Shown here piece after piece: positions 45,101-59,824 of a stretch of 64,000 nucleotides of DNA. This stretch comes from Paraspadella gotoi (taxonomy: Eukaryota > Animalia > Chaetognatha). Positions within the stretch are counted from its first letter, which is position 1. Every line of letters starts with the position of its first letter. The notes beneath the pieces are model-generated. The model was not told the DNA's origin. It was given only the letters and a program-made list of their open reading frames with translations, and ran no database searches. The DNA is taken from positions 13,316,199 to 13,380,198 of the forward strand of contig CM119263.1 in the NCBI GenBank assembly GCA_051294375.1. The letters are read 5' to 3'. The position numbers and the translations under genes were made by a program.

Positions 45101-46176
45101 CGGCCTCTCCGTCTCTCGCTTGAGCCCCGTTGGCTCGAGCCCAGGAGCCAGGCTCTGGCCTTGGGGACTGATGAAAATTCATCTCCTCATTTGCATGAAA
45201 TCGTTGCTGACGAAATCTGACATCCAGAGGGCGCGTAGGGGACCGGGGGTAGAAGGGGCTGAGGGGAGGGGTTGCGGAATAAGAAGACTGAAAGAGGGAA
45301 ACACGCCTCGGGAGAATCGGGGAGTTGGGGGGGGGAAACCAAGAGAGGGGACCGATGTTGAGGAAAAAAATATAAACAAATCCTCGATTTATGAGGTGGG
45401 AAATTGTCGAGGGAAAAAAATGGATGGTTTGAGCGAGAAAAAAAAAAGAATAATAATATGGGGGTTTCGACTTCTCGTTTTTTGAAAAAAAAAGGGTCAG
45501 TGTACTCAGAGTTGGCGCATAGAAATGGGAAGGAGAAGAAAAGGACATGAAAGAAGAGATAGAAAGGTAAAAGAAAAAAAAGGAAAAGAAGGAAAGGAGA
45601 TGAAAAGAAAACGCTGGGGTTGGAGAATCTTCATTCTCTGCAGGGAAGTTTAAGAGCTCGAAATAAGATAGGAATAAAAAAGTCGTAAAAAGGTAAGAAG
45701 GGGAATTTAGAAGAAAAAGCGAGTGCGAAGAGGCCAACAACATTGAATCAAGTGGGCGGAAAATATCAATTTCTCGATGGAAGAGGACGATGGGGAGAGG
45801 GGGTGTAGGAAAGTTGAAGAGGAGAAAAGAAGGAAGAGGAAAGGAAAAAGAAGGGCGAGAGAAAAAACATAAAACAAAAAAAGTAAAAACAATAAATACA
45901 TACAGAAAAGAAAGAACTACCAAAAAACAAAAAACAAAAAAATAAAGGAAAAGAGAAGAGAATCTAAAACCAGAAAAAAGAGAAGAAAATCATAAACGAA
46001 GATTGAACAGAGTTGAGAGTTCAGGGTCGAACGAGACGACTGATCGAAATAGAGAGAAAAAAAAAAACGATCGAAATTTTTACGAGACGCGAGAAGTTCG
46101 CCGAAGACGAGAAAAACACCCACCCCCCCCCATTTTGGAAACAGTCACAAGACAGACGCCTCCCCCCCTAGTTCTG
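42136..46176 (+). repeat. Block Y, copy 1
   Basis: Colinear with about 52260-56615, e.g. GGCGCCGAGATTCGGCCGAAAAAAAATCGGACGTGACAAAAGG at about 42905 and 53375. Confidence 0.92.
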
Positions 46177-46201
46177 NNNNNNNNNNNNNNNNNNNNNNNN
46201 N

Positions 46202-46944
46202 GGGGGGGGAAAACCAAGAGAGGGGACCGATGTTGAAGGAAAAAATATAAACAAATCCTCGATTTATGAGGTGGGAAATTGTCGAGGGGAAAAAAATGGA
46301 GGTTTGAGCGAGAAAAAAAAAAAGAATAAATATTGGGGGTTTCGACTTTCGTGGCCTCTTTGTTGAAAAAAAGGGGTCTCTTGTCAAACTCAGAGTTGGA
46401 AGAAAAGCGCATAGAAATGGGGAAGGAAAGAAAAGGACATGAAAGGAAGTGAAAGGTAAAAGAAAAAAGGAAAAGAAGGGAAAGGAGATGAAAAGAAAAC
46501 GCTGGGGTTGGAGAATCTTCATCTGCAGGGAAGTTTAAGAGCTCGAAATAAGATAGGTAAGAAAAAGTCGTAAAAAGGTAAGAAGGGGAATTTAGAAGAA
46601 AAAGCAGGGATGCGAAGAGGCAAAACACCTTGGAATCAAGTTGGGCGGAAAATATCAATTTCTCGATGGAAGAGGACGATGGGGAGAGGGGGTGTAGGAA
46701 AGTTGAAGAGGGAGAAAAGAAGGAAAGAGAAAGGAAAAAGAAGGGGAGATAAAGGAAAGAGAAGAGAATCTAAACCAGAAAAAGAGAAGAAAATCATAAA
46801 CGAAGATTGAACAGAGTTGAGAGTTCAGGGTCGACGAGACGACTGATCGAAATAGAGAGAAAAAAAAAACGATCGAAATTTTTACGAGACGCGAGAAGTT
46901 CGCCGAAGACGAGGAAAAACATTTTGGAAACATAAAGACAACGC
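46202..46944 (+). repeat. Extra copy of the 3' end of block Y (about 45327-46140), between two 25-N gaps
   Basis: Runs from GGGGGGAAAACCAAGAGAGGGGACCGATGTTG to TTTTTACGAGACGCGAGAAGTTCGCCGAAGACGAG. Confidence 0.9.
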
Positions 46945-46969
46945 NNNNNNNNNNNNNNNNNNNNNNNNN

Positions 46970-49930
46970 TTGTGAGCACGGAAGCCTTGTTCTGAGATGC
47001 AATGAGATCTCAAATACCCTCTTCTCTGTCAAGTTAACAAATATTTTTACACTAGGGGTAACCGTCTCAATGTTGTTTTTCTTTTTTCGCTCCGAAACTA
47101 AACACTCGAAACAGAATTTTTTTGCTAATATAACGTAGCTGCTTGAGAGCAGAATATTGGGGCCTGGGCTCCTTGCCAGTTCGGCTGTTTCCCTCCAGAG
47201 CTGATTGGGCCCATAACTATACATGTCCCTTGTCATTTAAAACCTACGATGATACTCTTGTACCTAAGAAATCTCGTTACTGATTTTTTCGTTCAACATC
47301 GCCCACCGAGAGGAAAACAGAAGGATGATTACGTTAGGGACTGCCCCGGAGGGCTCACGTTCGTCCTGGTGAGAACTCATATGAGATAGGGTGTGGTAAT
47401 CTTCCTAGATAAGCCTCAATAACTAGAGGGTAAAAAAATCCTGGTGTTAACCTTTGAAATTTGAATGCGAAAAGAGAGGAGAGAGGAAGAGACGAGAAAA
47501 TATAAGGCAGAAAAAAAATACCGCAAAATCATGTTAATCATTACAAAAGAAATCTTTCTGTGTGAGGAAAAATAGCCAGAAAACGATATCATTATGATTA
47601 TTGTAAAGAGTAGGTGATAGGCATGGTGCATATGATATTTTCATAGTTCAGTCCAATTTGTGAGAGATCCGTCTTTCTCCTCGTTTCTTTCCTTTTCCCA
47701 CATATTCCCGCCCCCCCCCCCAAAAAAAAAAAACACGAACTAATAAGTAAAAAGTATTGTTATCCCCTTGTTTTCCGTGGTTTATCATCTTTCATTTTTT
47801 CCTTATGTAGCTTTGTGGATCACTTTGTAGGGTTACTTCACATGTTTTTATGGTTTCCATAAAAATCTATTGTATACAATAAGAATTAACGAAAAACAAT
47901 AAGATATTCTTATATTTTGTTTAAAAACATCTAATAATTATTAAGGATTGATACCAGCACTGTTTTTAATGATGATTTAAAGTACCATGTGTATAAAAAT
48001 CCCTCTTGGAAACTGAGGAAAAAAAAAGAACTAACGATCGATATAATTAGTAAGACAGTGGTCCATTGCAGCGCAGCAAAATATCGATATTCTATACTAT
48101 TTCAATCGAAATTAGAGACTAGTGATGAAAAGATACGTATAGTCAGTATTCTCTCCCAAATCTTTTGCCTAGTTATTTTTTTTTTTATGCTTTTTTCTAC
48201 CCGAAAGAAAGAGTTGTAGTTTGTAGTTGAGGTGGAAAGATAAAATCCCGTGATGCTAGAAATTCTTGCTTCACTTCGTCAGAAAAGAGGACAAATTAGA
48301 AAACTTCGACCAAAAATATTACAACAACACCACGAAACGAGAAAATATAAAAGCATGAACCAAAAGAGATAAAGCCATGATTTTGAAGAACTACGGAGAA
48401 GAGAGTGAGAGGTGGTAGAGAACAAATGTTGGACACCTCCATTATTCCTGGGAAGGCCGCCTGATAACATACTCAGAAAAAACTTCCATTTGCATTTTGC
48501 AATTTCTTCTTCTTCTATGATTAATGATAAATCTTCGTGGCGTCTGTGCGGCTGTAACAACTGAATTGGCGTTTCGTTTCGTCTTTGTAGACGTACACTC
48601 GACTGTTTTGGCGCATACGAAATCTGAAACGGCGACCGACCATAAAGGCGGCGACCACAAAGGCCAGCTAAAAAGTTGGGTGCACAGATTCAAAGCACCA
48701 ACAATTGTGTAACGTTGATCAGTGATCACCCAAATGGTAGTCGAGCAATATTGTCTGATTTTCCTTCCGACTTTATTTAACAAAAATTTTTTTTTTTTTG
48801 AATATTGGAAATAATCAAATTTTATAAAAAATTATGGAAGATTCCTAGTAAAATAATACCCAAAATATATTAGGATTAAGAGTTGTATCCTAAAAATATT
48901 CAAATAAACTATGTTAAAAGTAATTGTGGTATCAAAAAGAATTTTTATATATATTGTATAACAATTTCTAACATGTATTAACCCAAGTCTGCTGATTCCG
49001 GTAACAATATAGACAGAGAAAGGCACGACCATAAACCTACAATAAAGGATTACGAAATCCTTCTTCTAATTCGACCGAAAATCCATTATATTTTCACGAA
49101 CATCTTTTCTTGTTTCATTTCTTAATCAATACAGAAATCGAACCTCTTTCGCGAGTTACTCGATCGGGTAAAGCCAGGCAATTGACCCGACGCCCATCGT
49201 GGAATAATTCACTGCCTCACGTGAATCCCTCTGACGATTGCACCGTGGCAATTCGCGCCCTTAACTCATCATGCATATTTGGAAAGGTCCATACAGGGAA
49301 ACGAGGAGGGCGTTTGATAAAAGGGCGGGTGAGAAAGAAAAGGGTTGAGATTGGACCGCACCGACCGCGCGAAACCTAGAAGAAATGAGAATTTATGACA
49401 TCAAAAGAGAATCTGTCGCATTAAGTTATGGCATTGGCCGTCTTATTGCATTATTCTGAGAGCCGCGAGAGTCAGCGGAGACGAGTTAGAGAGATAGCAG
49501 AGACCCGAGAGAGAGAGAGAAGAGAGGAAGAAATGAGTAGATGAGAAATTTATTTAGGAGAATTTCATATAGCAGAATAGTAGCTGGTTTCAAGCTAATC
49601 AATTCAAAGAACTCTTCTCCACAGGTCTGTTCATCACTCCAGATACATTTGAATACGGGGCTACTTCCATTAGTATGGTATAGTTGTAGTTATGTATATT
49701 CTTTTATAAATAGACTACTTTATTATTACCTTGATCGCCGTTAGGGGAAAAAATCTCGCGCCATTGTACTACGGTGTTGGTTTTTCATAATAAAAAAAAT
49801 AAATTTGATATAGTAATATCCTTTTCAAATTGGTCTCACTTTCGCCTTTTGTCTCTCGGTTCCTCGCTCAGATCATTAAATCTCCCTTAACCATCGCCGC
49901 CCTTGTCATCATCCGCCGGCGTCGTTTCTA
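46970..49930 (+). repeat. Block X, partial degenerate copy C (corresponds to about 29300-31630)
   Basis: Anchors AAAACCTACGAT, AATCTCGTTACTGATT, CATTTGCATTTTGCAATTTCTTCTTCTTCTATGAT and TTTCAAATTGGTCTC, with very many insertions. Confidence 0.88.
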
Positions 49931-50139
49931 AAAATTTCTCTCGGTAAATGAACGCACGCAGAGAGACGAGAGACGAAGAGTACGAATAGACAGAGAGATA
50001 GAAGACAGAATAACGCGATCTGCAAGACATCAACGAGAGACCAGTTACGACAGCAAAGATTCACAGAAGAACGACGGGAATAGAACTGACCTCATGATCC
50101 GATGAGAGCTATGGCTGATTCTCCGGGAGAGTACCGACG

Positions 50140-51650
50140 CAGAAAAGATGATCCTCACCCAAGTAATAAGACGATTAGTCCTTTTTTTGCGGCTTTGTAC
50201 CAAGTATTAGTCGGAAGATCGATTGACTCGAGTTAGCGATGAAGAAGAGAAGTAGTGCTCTTCCCACGGCAGATTGGGGACCTGAACCCAAGCGGCCAAA
50301 TGTTTATCTCGAAAAACCGTCGGCGAAGATGAGAAAAGACTCGTCGACAGAAGAATCGAAAATAAGAGCGGTAGAGAAAACTTAATCTGTATCCAGACAC
50401 TTGACCGTTGAATCGAGGTCAGAGTGTCGGGAAAAAACAAAAAAGAAGGCCGGACGGCGGGCGTCGACTTAGAGCCGGCGCACGGAGTTTTCGGGCCCCA
50501 AAGTCCGGAACACGAAGACAAAAAGAAGTAATAAAAAAGAGGATGGTGAATGTAGATCAGATTGATTCGGGCCGGAATCGCCTGATTTGATTCGTTATCC
50601 TTTGGGGTTTTTCTTTGTACATCTTTCGTTCGGCTGACTCTCCCCACTTGACCTCAGGGATATCGTCAGGAGCGGGGAAAAGACCTTATCAAAGAGCGAG
50701 ACACGAAGATGTGAAAGAAACGAAAAGAAAGAGCAAGAAATAAGAATGTTCAGAAAAGAAAGAGAGAAGATGAAGATGAAGAACAAGAAATGTAAGAAAT
50801 GAGAGACTCAAGTGAACAATCAAATTAAGTTAAAAAGGACGCTGACTCCATCAGGCTCCAATCCTCATCTCCGAATCCCCACCTTCCACTTCCCACCTTT
50901 CAACTTTCCCACCAGCCCGTACTATCGTTCTTCTCTATTTGCCTCATCATGTGGCCTTTCCCACCTTAAATTTTTCTCTCGTCCACCTCCACCCTGTCCC
51001 GACGCGACCACCATCCTACCCCCCCTCCCCACTCGCTCATCCTCTACCCAATCCCAGACCATGATTGCCCACGAAAGTCGACGTCGTAATCCAATCAGCA
51101 ATTCATTATCTGAAGTCTGACCCGATTCCGATCTCCTTCTTTTTCTTTAGCCATGCTCGTCTCTGTCCGGCTCTTTTCTAATCAAAGTGGGCTTGCTCGC
51201 GTTTCTTATTGAGTCACGGGTCGTCACGTGTGTGTCTTCAGGTTACATTTCGTCCGGGTCGTGTTGTGCGGGAAAAGGTCTTCCCCGTCCTCTCCTCCGC
51301 TGGTTCCCAAATTGCTGTGTAGTTGTCTTGTTTCGTTCTCAATCTCTTGTGACTTCTAGGTCTAGCGCCGGCTCTGGAAAGTCATACTAGTCCCAACCGG
51401 CCGAAACTCGCGGGGCAGGGTCTCGTAATTGTATGACGCCTGCCTTTCACTTAATTGAAGTATTGTACCTTCATCTCTTTGTCTTTTGTTTCCCCTTTGT
51501 TTCTACAGGCCTGAACTCAGGGGTCTCCTTTTAAATAATGCTCCCTTCCTTCTCTTCCTGTCTTCCTCTCTATCTCCGGAGTCGTCCCTGCCCTTCCCGG
51601 CTTATATTCCTGTTCCGCCGCCCTCCGCCGCTCACTATTTATAGCGGTTT
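50140..51650 (-). repeat. Inverted degenerate copy of part of block Y (about 43190-44355)
   Basis: ATCCTCACCCAAGTAATAA at about 50151 is the reverse complement of TTATTACTTGGGTGAGGAT at about 44335; TCCACCTCCACCCTGTCCCGACGCGACCACCATCC at about 50982 is the reverse complement of about 43587-43622. Confidence 0.85.
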
Positions 51651-52143
51651 ATCTAAACCTCTATGCTACTAAATCATAAAATGCTACCAAACGTACTTCG
51701 CCAGCCCCTCTTTCCCTTCTCCTTACTGAACATCCAACTCCTGCTTTTCCTACTTCTTCCGACTTTCCAATTCATCCTTCTCAACTCATCTCAACTCACT
51801 TATCATTCCTTTTTTCTTATTTTTTCCACCCTTTTTCTTCCTTAAGTGGGCCTATTTTTTCTGACCTCCCTTACCTCTCCCTGACACTACTCCCTATCTT
51901 CTCCCTATTACTTTCCTAATTCCTCAATCTATCCCTTCTCACCCTCTTCTTATCTTTTCTATCTCTTCTTCCATCTTCCCTCTCTCTCTATCCCTTCCCT
52001 TCCTCGGTACTTATTCCTATATCTCACCCCCGCTCGCCGCTCCTATCATTCACGTAGTTTTTATAGACACATCACTGACAAAACAATCCGCAAACATCAT
52101 AACTATGGGTATCGATCTCTCTCTCTCTTCTCTCTCCTCCTCT

Positions 52144-52178
<35 letters not shown>

Positions 52179-52259
52179 CTCTCCCTTTCTCTCTCTCTCT
52201 CTTTCTCTCGTCTCTTTATCTCTCTTACTTTCTCTCTCTCCTTTCTTCATTCCTCTCTT

Positions 52260-55200
52260 CTCTCTCTCGTTCGCGAAGTTTGCCAATAACTGCGAGCCTG
52301 CAAACCTATACTTGTATGAATAAGGCTCGATTTGAACATCATGCATCTCGGCCATCCTGCAGCCTTAGTTTATTGAACTTTTCTTTTACTGGTGATCGCT
52401 ATTTTGTTCATCATGACAATGTGTTTTAAGGCACAAAAAGTCATTGCATTCGGAATTTTAACTCAATATAAATTCATCTATTACAATTTGGCACTGTTTT
52501 TTTTTAACAAGTCTAACTCACTCAATAGGCAAACTGTCAATCAAATCAAGTAACTCCAAGTACAACAGTGACTCAGAATCCAAACATGATCGGTTCGATA
52601 ACAATTATGAAAAATAAGTTTGTGTTTTAAATATTACGTATTTGACCTATGGACGGCAATGTAATACAGAATAAATAAAATGTAAACAACAACGTATAAA
52701 ATTCTTTCGGACAAAACCAAAAAACACAAATTTAACAATCTCGACTATAGCAAAACAACAACTAACAACAACTGCCTAATCAATTGAAAGGAGCGACTCG
52801 TCGATTCGGAATCACCGGAAACAATACAAACAGTTCGCGATAGGGCGACTAATTTGAGAATCACGAAGGACTCCTAAAACATTGAAAGCATTGTGGGCCT
52901 CTCGGGATGTTCACGAGCAAAGTGGAAGACCGCTGAACAAGCGCGATCTCTTTCTTTCTCCGGTTGCGCGATGGAGACGTAAGAGAAAGGAAGGGGTTAA
53001 GGGGATAGGTTGGGTGTTGTCGGGGGTGGGTGGTCGTGGGCTGTCGTTTCGCGAACGCTCTCCGTCGATGTCATTTGAACATGACAGATAATAGTGAAGA
53101 CTAGCAAGCGTCTAATAGGCGAACTTAGACGACGTTTGTGGTGTTTGGACGGACAAATGATTTGATCGCGGCATTTAGAAAAAAGAGGAAAAAAAGAAGA
53201 GAAGGGAAAGGCGAAGAAGACACCGCCGAACGAGACGACCCGAGAAGAAAGCAGCCACCTGAGCGAGGGACGGAATCGACGCCCGGAGACGATAGAGGGG
53301 CCCGGGGAAGGGAGACGGAGGAGAGAAGAGAAGGCGAAACGAAGACGAAGAGGAAGAGACGAAGACGAGGAGAGGCGCCGAGATTCGGCCGAAAAAAAAT
53401 CGGACGTGACAAAAGGAATACAACGTACAAACGAAGAAAACAAAAGATGAACCCGAGCGAGACGAAGAAGTGAAAGCGGCGGGGGGGAGGAGAGGGCAGG
53501 CGTTGGAAGGTTAAACGGGAGGGGAGAGGAAGGAAGGATGGAGTTAAACATGGCGGAATGGAGATAGAGAGGGTGGAATGGGTTGATAGAAAAACAAGAG
53601 AAAAGAAGATATTAGAGAGACTGAGAGATATATAATTTTTAATTATACTGTTATACAATTACAAATAAGTTGAGCGGAGGGCAAGCGAACAGAAATATAG
53701 CGGGGAAGGCAGGAACGATAAGAGAGAGAGAGTTTTAGGCTTTCAGCTGGAAAAGAAGAATGAAGAATGAAGAAAGCGAAAATGAACTGGCGATTCGTGG
53801 AATAGGATTTAATAAGAAGTAAAGAGATTTGAGAACCGAAACAAGAAAAACAACAACTAAAAAACAAAGCAATTTGGAACAAGCGCGAGAAGAGAGACGG
53901 GGACCGAAAACGACGACGAAAAATGATGAAGAAAAAGTGAGCGAAAAGAGAAAAGAAGAAGAAAGAGCTAAAGAAAAAAGAAGGAGACGAAATCGGGTCA
54001 GACTTCATATGGAATTAACGACGCGACTCTCGTGGGCAAAACAGGTCTGGATGGTTGAGCGTGGGGAGGGGTAAGGATTGTGGTCGCGTCGGGACAGGGT
54101 GGAGGTGGAGAGAGAAATTTAAGGTGGAAAGGAAATAACTGATGAGGATGGAGAACGAAAGTACGGGCTGGTGGGAAATAAGTTAAAGTGGGAAAGTGGA
54201 AGGTGGCGGGATTTCGGAGGATGAGATTGGAGCCTGAAGGGATCAGCGTCTTTTAAACTTAATTTATTCACTTGAGTTCATTTTTAATTTACTTCTTCAT
54301 CTTTCATCTTTCTTTTTTTTCTGAACATTTTCATTCTTGCTTCTTTTTTTCACATCGGTCTCGCTCTTGATAAGGGAATCTTCGCCGAGAATAAATGAGG
54401 TCAAGTGGGGAGAAAGTCAAGCGAAACGAAAGAGAAAAGAAAACAAAAAGAAAGAAAAAAAAAGGCGATCGCCGAACAATCGATTATTAATCTTCTTTCT
54501 TTATTACTTTTTTTCCTTCGGTTTCCGGACTTTGGGGCCGGAAAATCCGGCGCCGGCTTAAGTCGACGCCGCCGTCGGCCTCTTTTTGTTTTTGCCCGAC
54601 ACCTCTGACTCGATTCACGGTCAAGTGTCGGTATAAAGATTAAGTTTCTTAACGACTCTTTATTTTCGATTCTTTTGTCGACGAGTTTTTCATCTTTCGC
54701 CGACGGTTTTTTCGATAAACATTTAGGCCGACATTTGTGAGGCCAACTGCGTGGGAAGAAACTACTTTCTCCTCATCCGCAATGAGTCAAGAATCGCATA
54801 AATTGAAGGAAAAAAAAGGTAAGTTTATTACTTGGGTGAGGATTTTGGTCCGACTCGCGAGAAAAGCAATCTCCAAAACGGATATTGAGGTCAGTTAATC
54901 GTTTGTGAAATCTTGTGTAACTTGGCTTCGTTGAATGTGAGAGTAATTCTGATGTTGTGAGAGGTCTCGCATACTTCATTTCCCGTACATATAAAGTATA
55001 AACATTATACCACTTCCTTAATAGGGGGAAAGCCAGGTACTCTGGAAGTGCATGAACAAGGACTGTGAGAGAGTCTGATTGATAGCTTGCAGGGATCTGC
55101 TATGTTCATTATCTTGTAAGCGAGATGGACGCCTTTAATCGCCAAAGCCTGTCCAAAGTCAGGGGCAAGATAGCTTGTATATTAAATGAATGGATAATTT

Positions 55201-56615
55201 TTATATTGGTTGTACCAATGTCATAATAATTTTGGAAAACAATTATGAAATTGACAATGATATTGTTTTCTTTTTTTCCTCTTTTCTCATTTATAACCGT
55301 CGCCTTAGGAGAAAACAGGGGGATGGTCGAACTCAGATACTACTACTTTTTTCGTGGCTAAAATCGGGGAAAATAAAATCTTCTCCCTTCCATTATTTTT
55401 CGTGTTATTATTTTTATTGTTTTAATCTTTTTATTTTTTTTTACTTTAAACTCTCAAAAATACAAGTTTGGGTGGAAAAAAAAACAAAAACAATCATCAC
55501 AAATTCTCAAAATTCCTTCCTTCTTCCCAGTAACCCCATCCTATTTCTCCTTAATTTCCCCCCCCTTTCCATCCTTTTACCCTCCTACCCCTTCCCGAAC
55601 CCTCGGCCTCTCCTCCGTCTCTCGCTTGAGCCCCGGTTGGCTCGAGCCCAGGAGCCAGGCTCGTGCTTGGGGGACTGATGAAAATTCATCTCCTCATTTG
55701 CATGAAATCGTTGCTGACGAAAATCTGAACTCCAGAGGGCGCGTAGCGGGACCGGGGTAGAGGGGCTGAGGGGGAGGGGTTGCGGAATAAGAAGACTGAA
55801 AGAGGGAAAACACGCCTCGGGAGAATCGGGGAGTTGGGGGGGGGGGAAACCAAGAGAGGGGACGATGTTGAAGGAAAAAATATAAACAAATCCTCGATTT
55901 ATGAGGTGGGAAATTGTCGAGGGGAAAAAAATGGAGGTTTGAGCGAGAAAAAAAAAGAATAAATATTGGGGGTTTCGACTTTCGTGGCCTCTTGTTGAAA
56001 AAAAAGGGGTCTCGTGTCAAACTCAAGATTGGAGAAAAGCGCATAGAAATGGGGAAGGAAAGAAAAGACATGAAAGGAATTTGAAAGGTAAAAAATAAGG
56101 AAAGGAAAAAAGAAAAAAGGAAAAGAAGGGAAAGGAGATGAAAAGAAAACGCTGGGGTTGGAGAATCTTTCATCTGCAGGGAAGTTTAAGAGCTCGAAAT
56201 AAGATAGGTAAGAAAAAGTCGTAAAAAGGTAAGAAGGGGAATTTAGAAGAAAAAGCAGGGATGCGAAGAAGCAAAACACCTTGAATCAAGTGGGCGGAAA
56301 ATATCAATTTTTCGATGGAAGAGGACGATGGGGAGAGGGGGTGTAGGAAAGTTGAAGAGGGAGAAAAGAAGGAAAAGAAAGGAAAAAGAAGGGGAGATAA
56401 AGGAAAGAGAAGAGGAAATCTAAAACCAGAAAAAGAGAAGAAAATCATAAACGAAGATTGAACAGAGTTGAGAGTTCAGGGTCGACGAGACGACTGATCG
56501 AAATAGAGAAAAAAAAAAAACGATCGAAATTTTTACGAGACGCGAGAAGTTCGCCGAAGACGAGGAAAAACATTTTGGAAACATAAAGACATTCCTCCCC
56601 CCCCCCTAGTTCCCC
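52260..56615 (+). repeat. Block Y, copy 2 (preceded by the end of block X at about 51700-52110)
   Basis: Colinear with 42136-46176 and continues into unique sequence after about 56620. Confidence 0.92.
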
Positions 56616-56798
56616 CGAGTATTTATAACCCCTTCACTCCGTCAGCCCCCGTCGCCTCCTGGCTCCCCAGCCCCCTGACTCTCCCCTTTTTTTCGTCGGA
56701 GCTTTTTCAATCGCTTTGTCCCTCTTTTTTACCTCTTCTTTATTTAATGCGATTTTCATTTCCAAATCGCATTTCTCTTCTCTCTCTCATCTCTCTCT

Positions 56799-56855
<57 letters not shown>

Positions 56856-57748
56856 CTCTCTCTCTCTCTTCTGAGGATGAGTTTGAAAATAAATTTACAT
56901 TCCTCCCTTTTTACAACTGAAGACTAAAAGATTCTTGACATTGTTCGATGTTTAGGGAGAATTTAACGAACGAAACCAGGTATGGCGACGTGGGTTATTG
57001 AGGAATATTATATATTTATTACGTTACCTATTTCCCTCTAACTTCCACTTCAACCATTTCTCTTTCCTCTCAATCCCAATCTTTACTCACTTGGCTCGTC
57101 TCCACCCAAAGACAACACCCCCGCTCCCCAGCCTCACTCCAAACTCACCCTCGCCCTCCGCGTCGGAGGGTGAGTCTGTTTTTCAACTTTCATCTCATTT
57201 AACACTTGATTACTTCGGATAATAAGGCGCCGATCTAAGAAAAAAAAATGCGGCGCTTTTCCTCGAAGAAGGCGAAGGGAGCATCTTTTCGGCGCATGGG
57301 ATAAATAAATAAAATAATGAATGAAATAATGAATAAATGAAGTAATGAATTAATGAATTAATGTATTAAGGAATGAATGAATAAATAAATGCTTAGATGG
57401 ATGAATGAATTAGTCATTGAATTCGAGGAAGCTAAATAATGAAGGGAAATGTCCACAATTTTTTTTTTTAAGTTGGATTAATAAAAAACCATTTAACAGT
57501 TAAACCATCTAATTCGTCCTCAATCCCACTTTTTCGGTCTCCCTCTCTTCTCCCCCTCTCCCCCACTCCTTCACCGCCTCCTCTCATTTTCTTTCCCTTT
57601 CTTCTCCCTTCGCCAAGTTTGAAGCCTTTTCTTCATCTCGTCCTCATCATCTTCTGGCTCCTGAGTCGAGATCAACCCTTTTCTGTCTGGAGCAACACCA
57701 TTTATGCCAATTTTCCATAGAATGAGAGACATGTCAAGGAAAAAGAAG

Positions 57749-57873
<125 letters not shown>

Positions 57874-58335
57874 GGGAGAGTCGAGGAAAAAAAGATTAGA
57901 AATAGGAAAAGAATTGGAAGGAAAAGGGAAAAAAATGAAGTTAGGAAGTTGATGGAAAATTAAATCAAAAAAAGTATGAAATCATGAAAACATGAAATAT
58001 ACTGAAAGGGTGACTTCAGTTTAAGAGAGTCCTTGATAAAAAAAAAAACCCAGAATCGATCCGCGTTTTATTTGTGTTTCTTTAAGATCGAACAGAGTCA
58101 GCGGTCTCGAATACCCACCTGTGACTTACCTGATTCTTTTCCTCGCCACTCATCCTCCCACTCTTTTTCTACTCCTCTTCTTACCGCTACTCCTCTTCCT
58201 CATTTTGCTCCTCCTCCTCTTCTTCTTCTCTTTTTCTTCTTCTTCTCCTTCCATAAGAGTGGCTTCTTCTGAAAATTCATAGTCATGTCTCAGATATAAA
58301 ATTGTTTGCAAATTTTTTTCCGAGGTCCTCTTCTC

Positions 58336-58389
<54 letters not shown>

Positions 58390-58764
58390 GGCAAACATAA
58401 GGACGGGAAAGACAAAGTTTGTATCAACGTAAGTAATATGACAAGGTGATAACCGTTTATGATTTTTCGTTGGAGGTAATAAAGTTTGAAATGAAATCAC
58501 CGAGAATATCGTTACGTTTTTTCACCGAAAACTAAATAAATTTCAAAAGTATAGTAAATTTAAAAGATTATGTTAGTACATTAATATAGGATGAAATGCG
58601 AAAAATTCGATGAAATCTTGGAAGAAATCGGAGAAAATAAGAAAATAGATAAATAAAGCGGCGTAAAAAGGAACAACTCATGCTCTGGCATGGAAGCCGT
58701 GAATTAGTGAAGGCGTGAAAGAAAAACGAGGGTGAGACTGAGTGAATCTAACAGAGAAAGAGAA

Positions 58765-58822
<58 letters not shown>

Positions 58823-58984
58823 AAAAATGGAAAATATAAGCGCGAGGTGGAGTGACTCTTCGATGAGTGAACGCTTAAAAATTTGGAATTTGAAAAGAAG
58901 TGAAATCGACCGTCGAAGTTATAATATTGTTTTAAAATTTTTAATAGATCGCCTTGTTTATGTATAAAGGAAAGAAAACAACTT

Positions 58985-58986
58985 TT

Positions 58987-59058
<72 letters not shown>

Positions 59059-59080
59059 TTTTTCTTTCTTTCTTTCTTTC
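58985..59080. repeat. (CTTT)n tetranucleotide microsatellite
   Basis: Read directly. Confidence 0.95.
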
Positions 59081-59519
59081 ATTATTTGTTTCATTCTTTA
59101 TTTTTTTCTTTTTTCTTTCTTTTTATTATTTTTTTTTCTGCCACCATTTTTTCTCTATTGGATTTTACAGCATTTTTTTAACTATTATTTCTTTTTTGTT
59201 TCCGTCTTTCTTTTTTCCGTGCCCCGCTCGGCTTCGTCCCCGCCCTCTAGCGTGTGACTCAATTGTCGACGATAATAAACAGTCGTAAACAATAACAGAG
59301 GAACATCCGGGTGTAAACAACTTGCAGCGCCATCGCACTTCCGGCGACGCGGCATTGGCGGGCAGAAGGATGGAGGTTGAGCAATGGCGCCGTTGGTAGA
59401 AAAGGTTGGGGCGAAGCATTTGGTGGACGGGGGGAGGGTAAGAATTCGATTGGGTTGAACAAAAAACTAGATACAATAAAGAGAAAAAAAACAATGAAGA
59501 AAGAAAGAAATAAAGAAAA

Positions 59520-59522
59520 AAT

Positions 59523-59607
<85 letters not shown>

Positions 59608-59608
59608 A
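59520..59608. repeat. (GAAA)n tetranucleotide microsatellite
   Basis: Read directly; complementary to the 58985-59080 tract. Confidence 0.95.
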
Positions 59609-59711
59609 ATAGATAAATAAAGAAAGAGAAAACGAAAAAGGGAATCTTTTCTGTTTCTTTTTTCTCTCGAGGCAGACGATGATGAGTCAGCTGAGGTGGA
59701 GGAAGAGGAGG

Positions 59712-59824
<113 letters not shown>

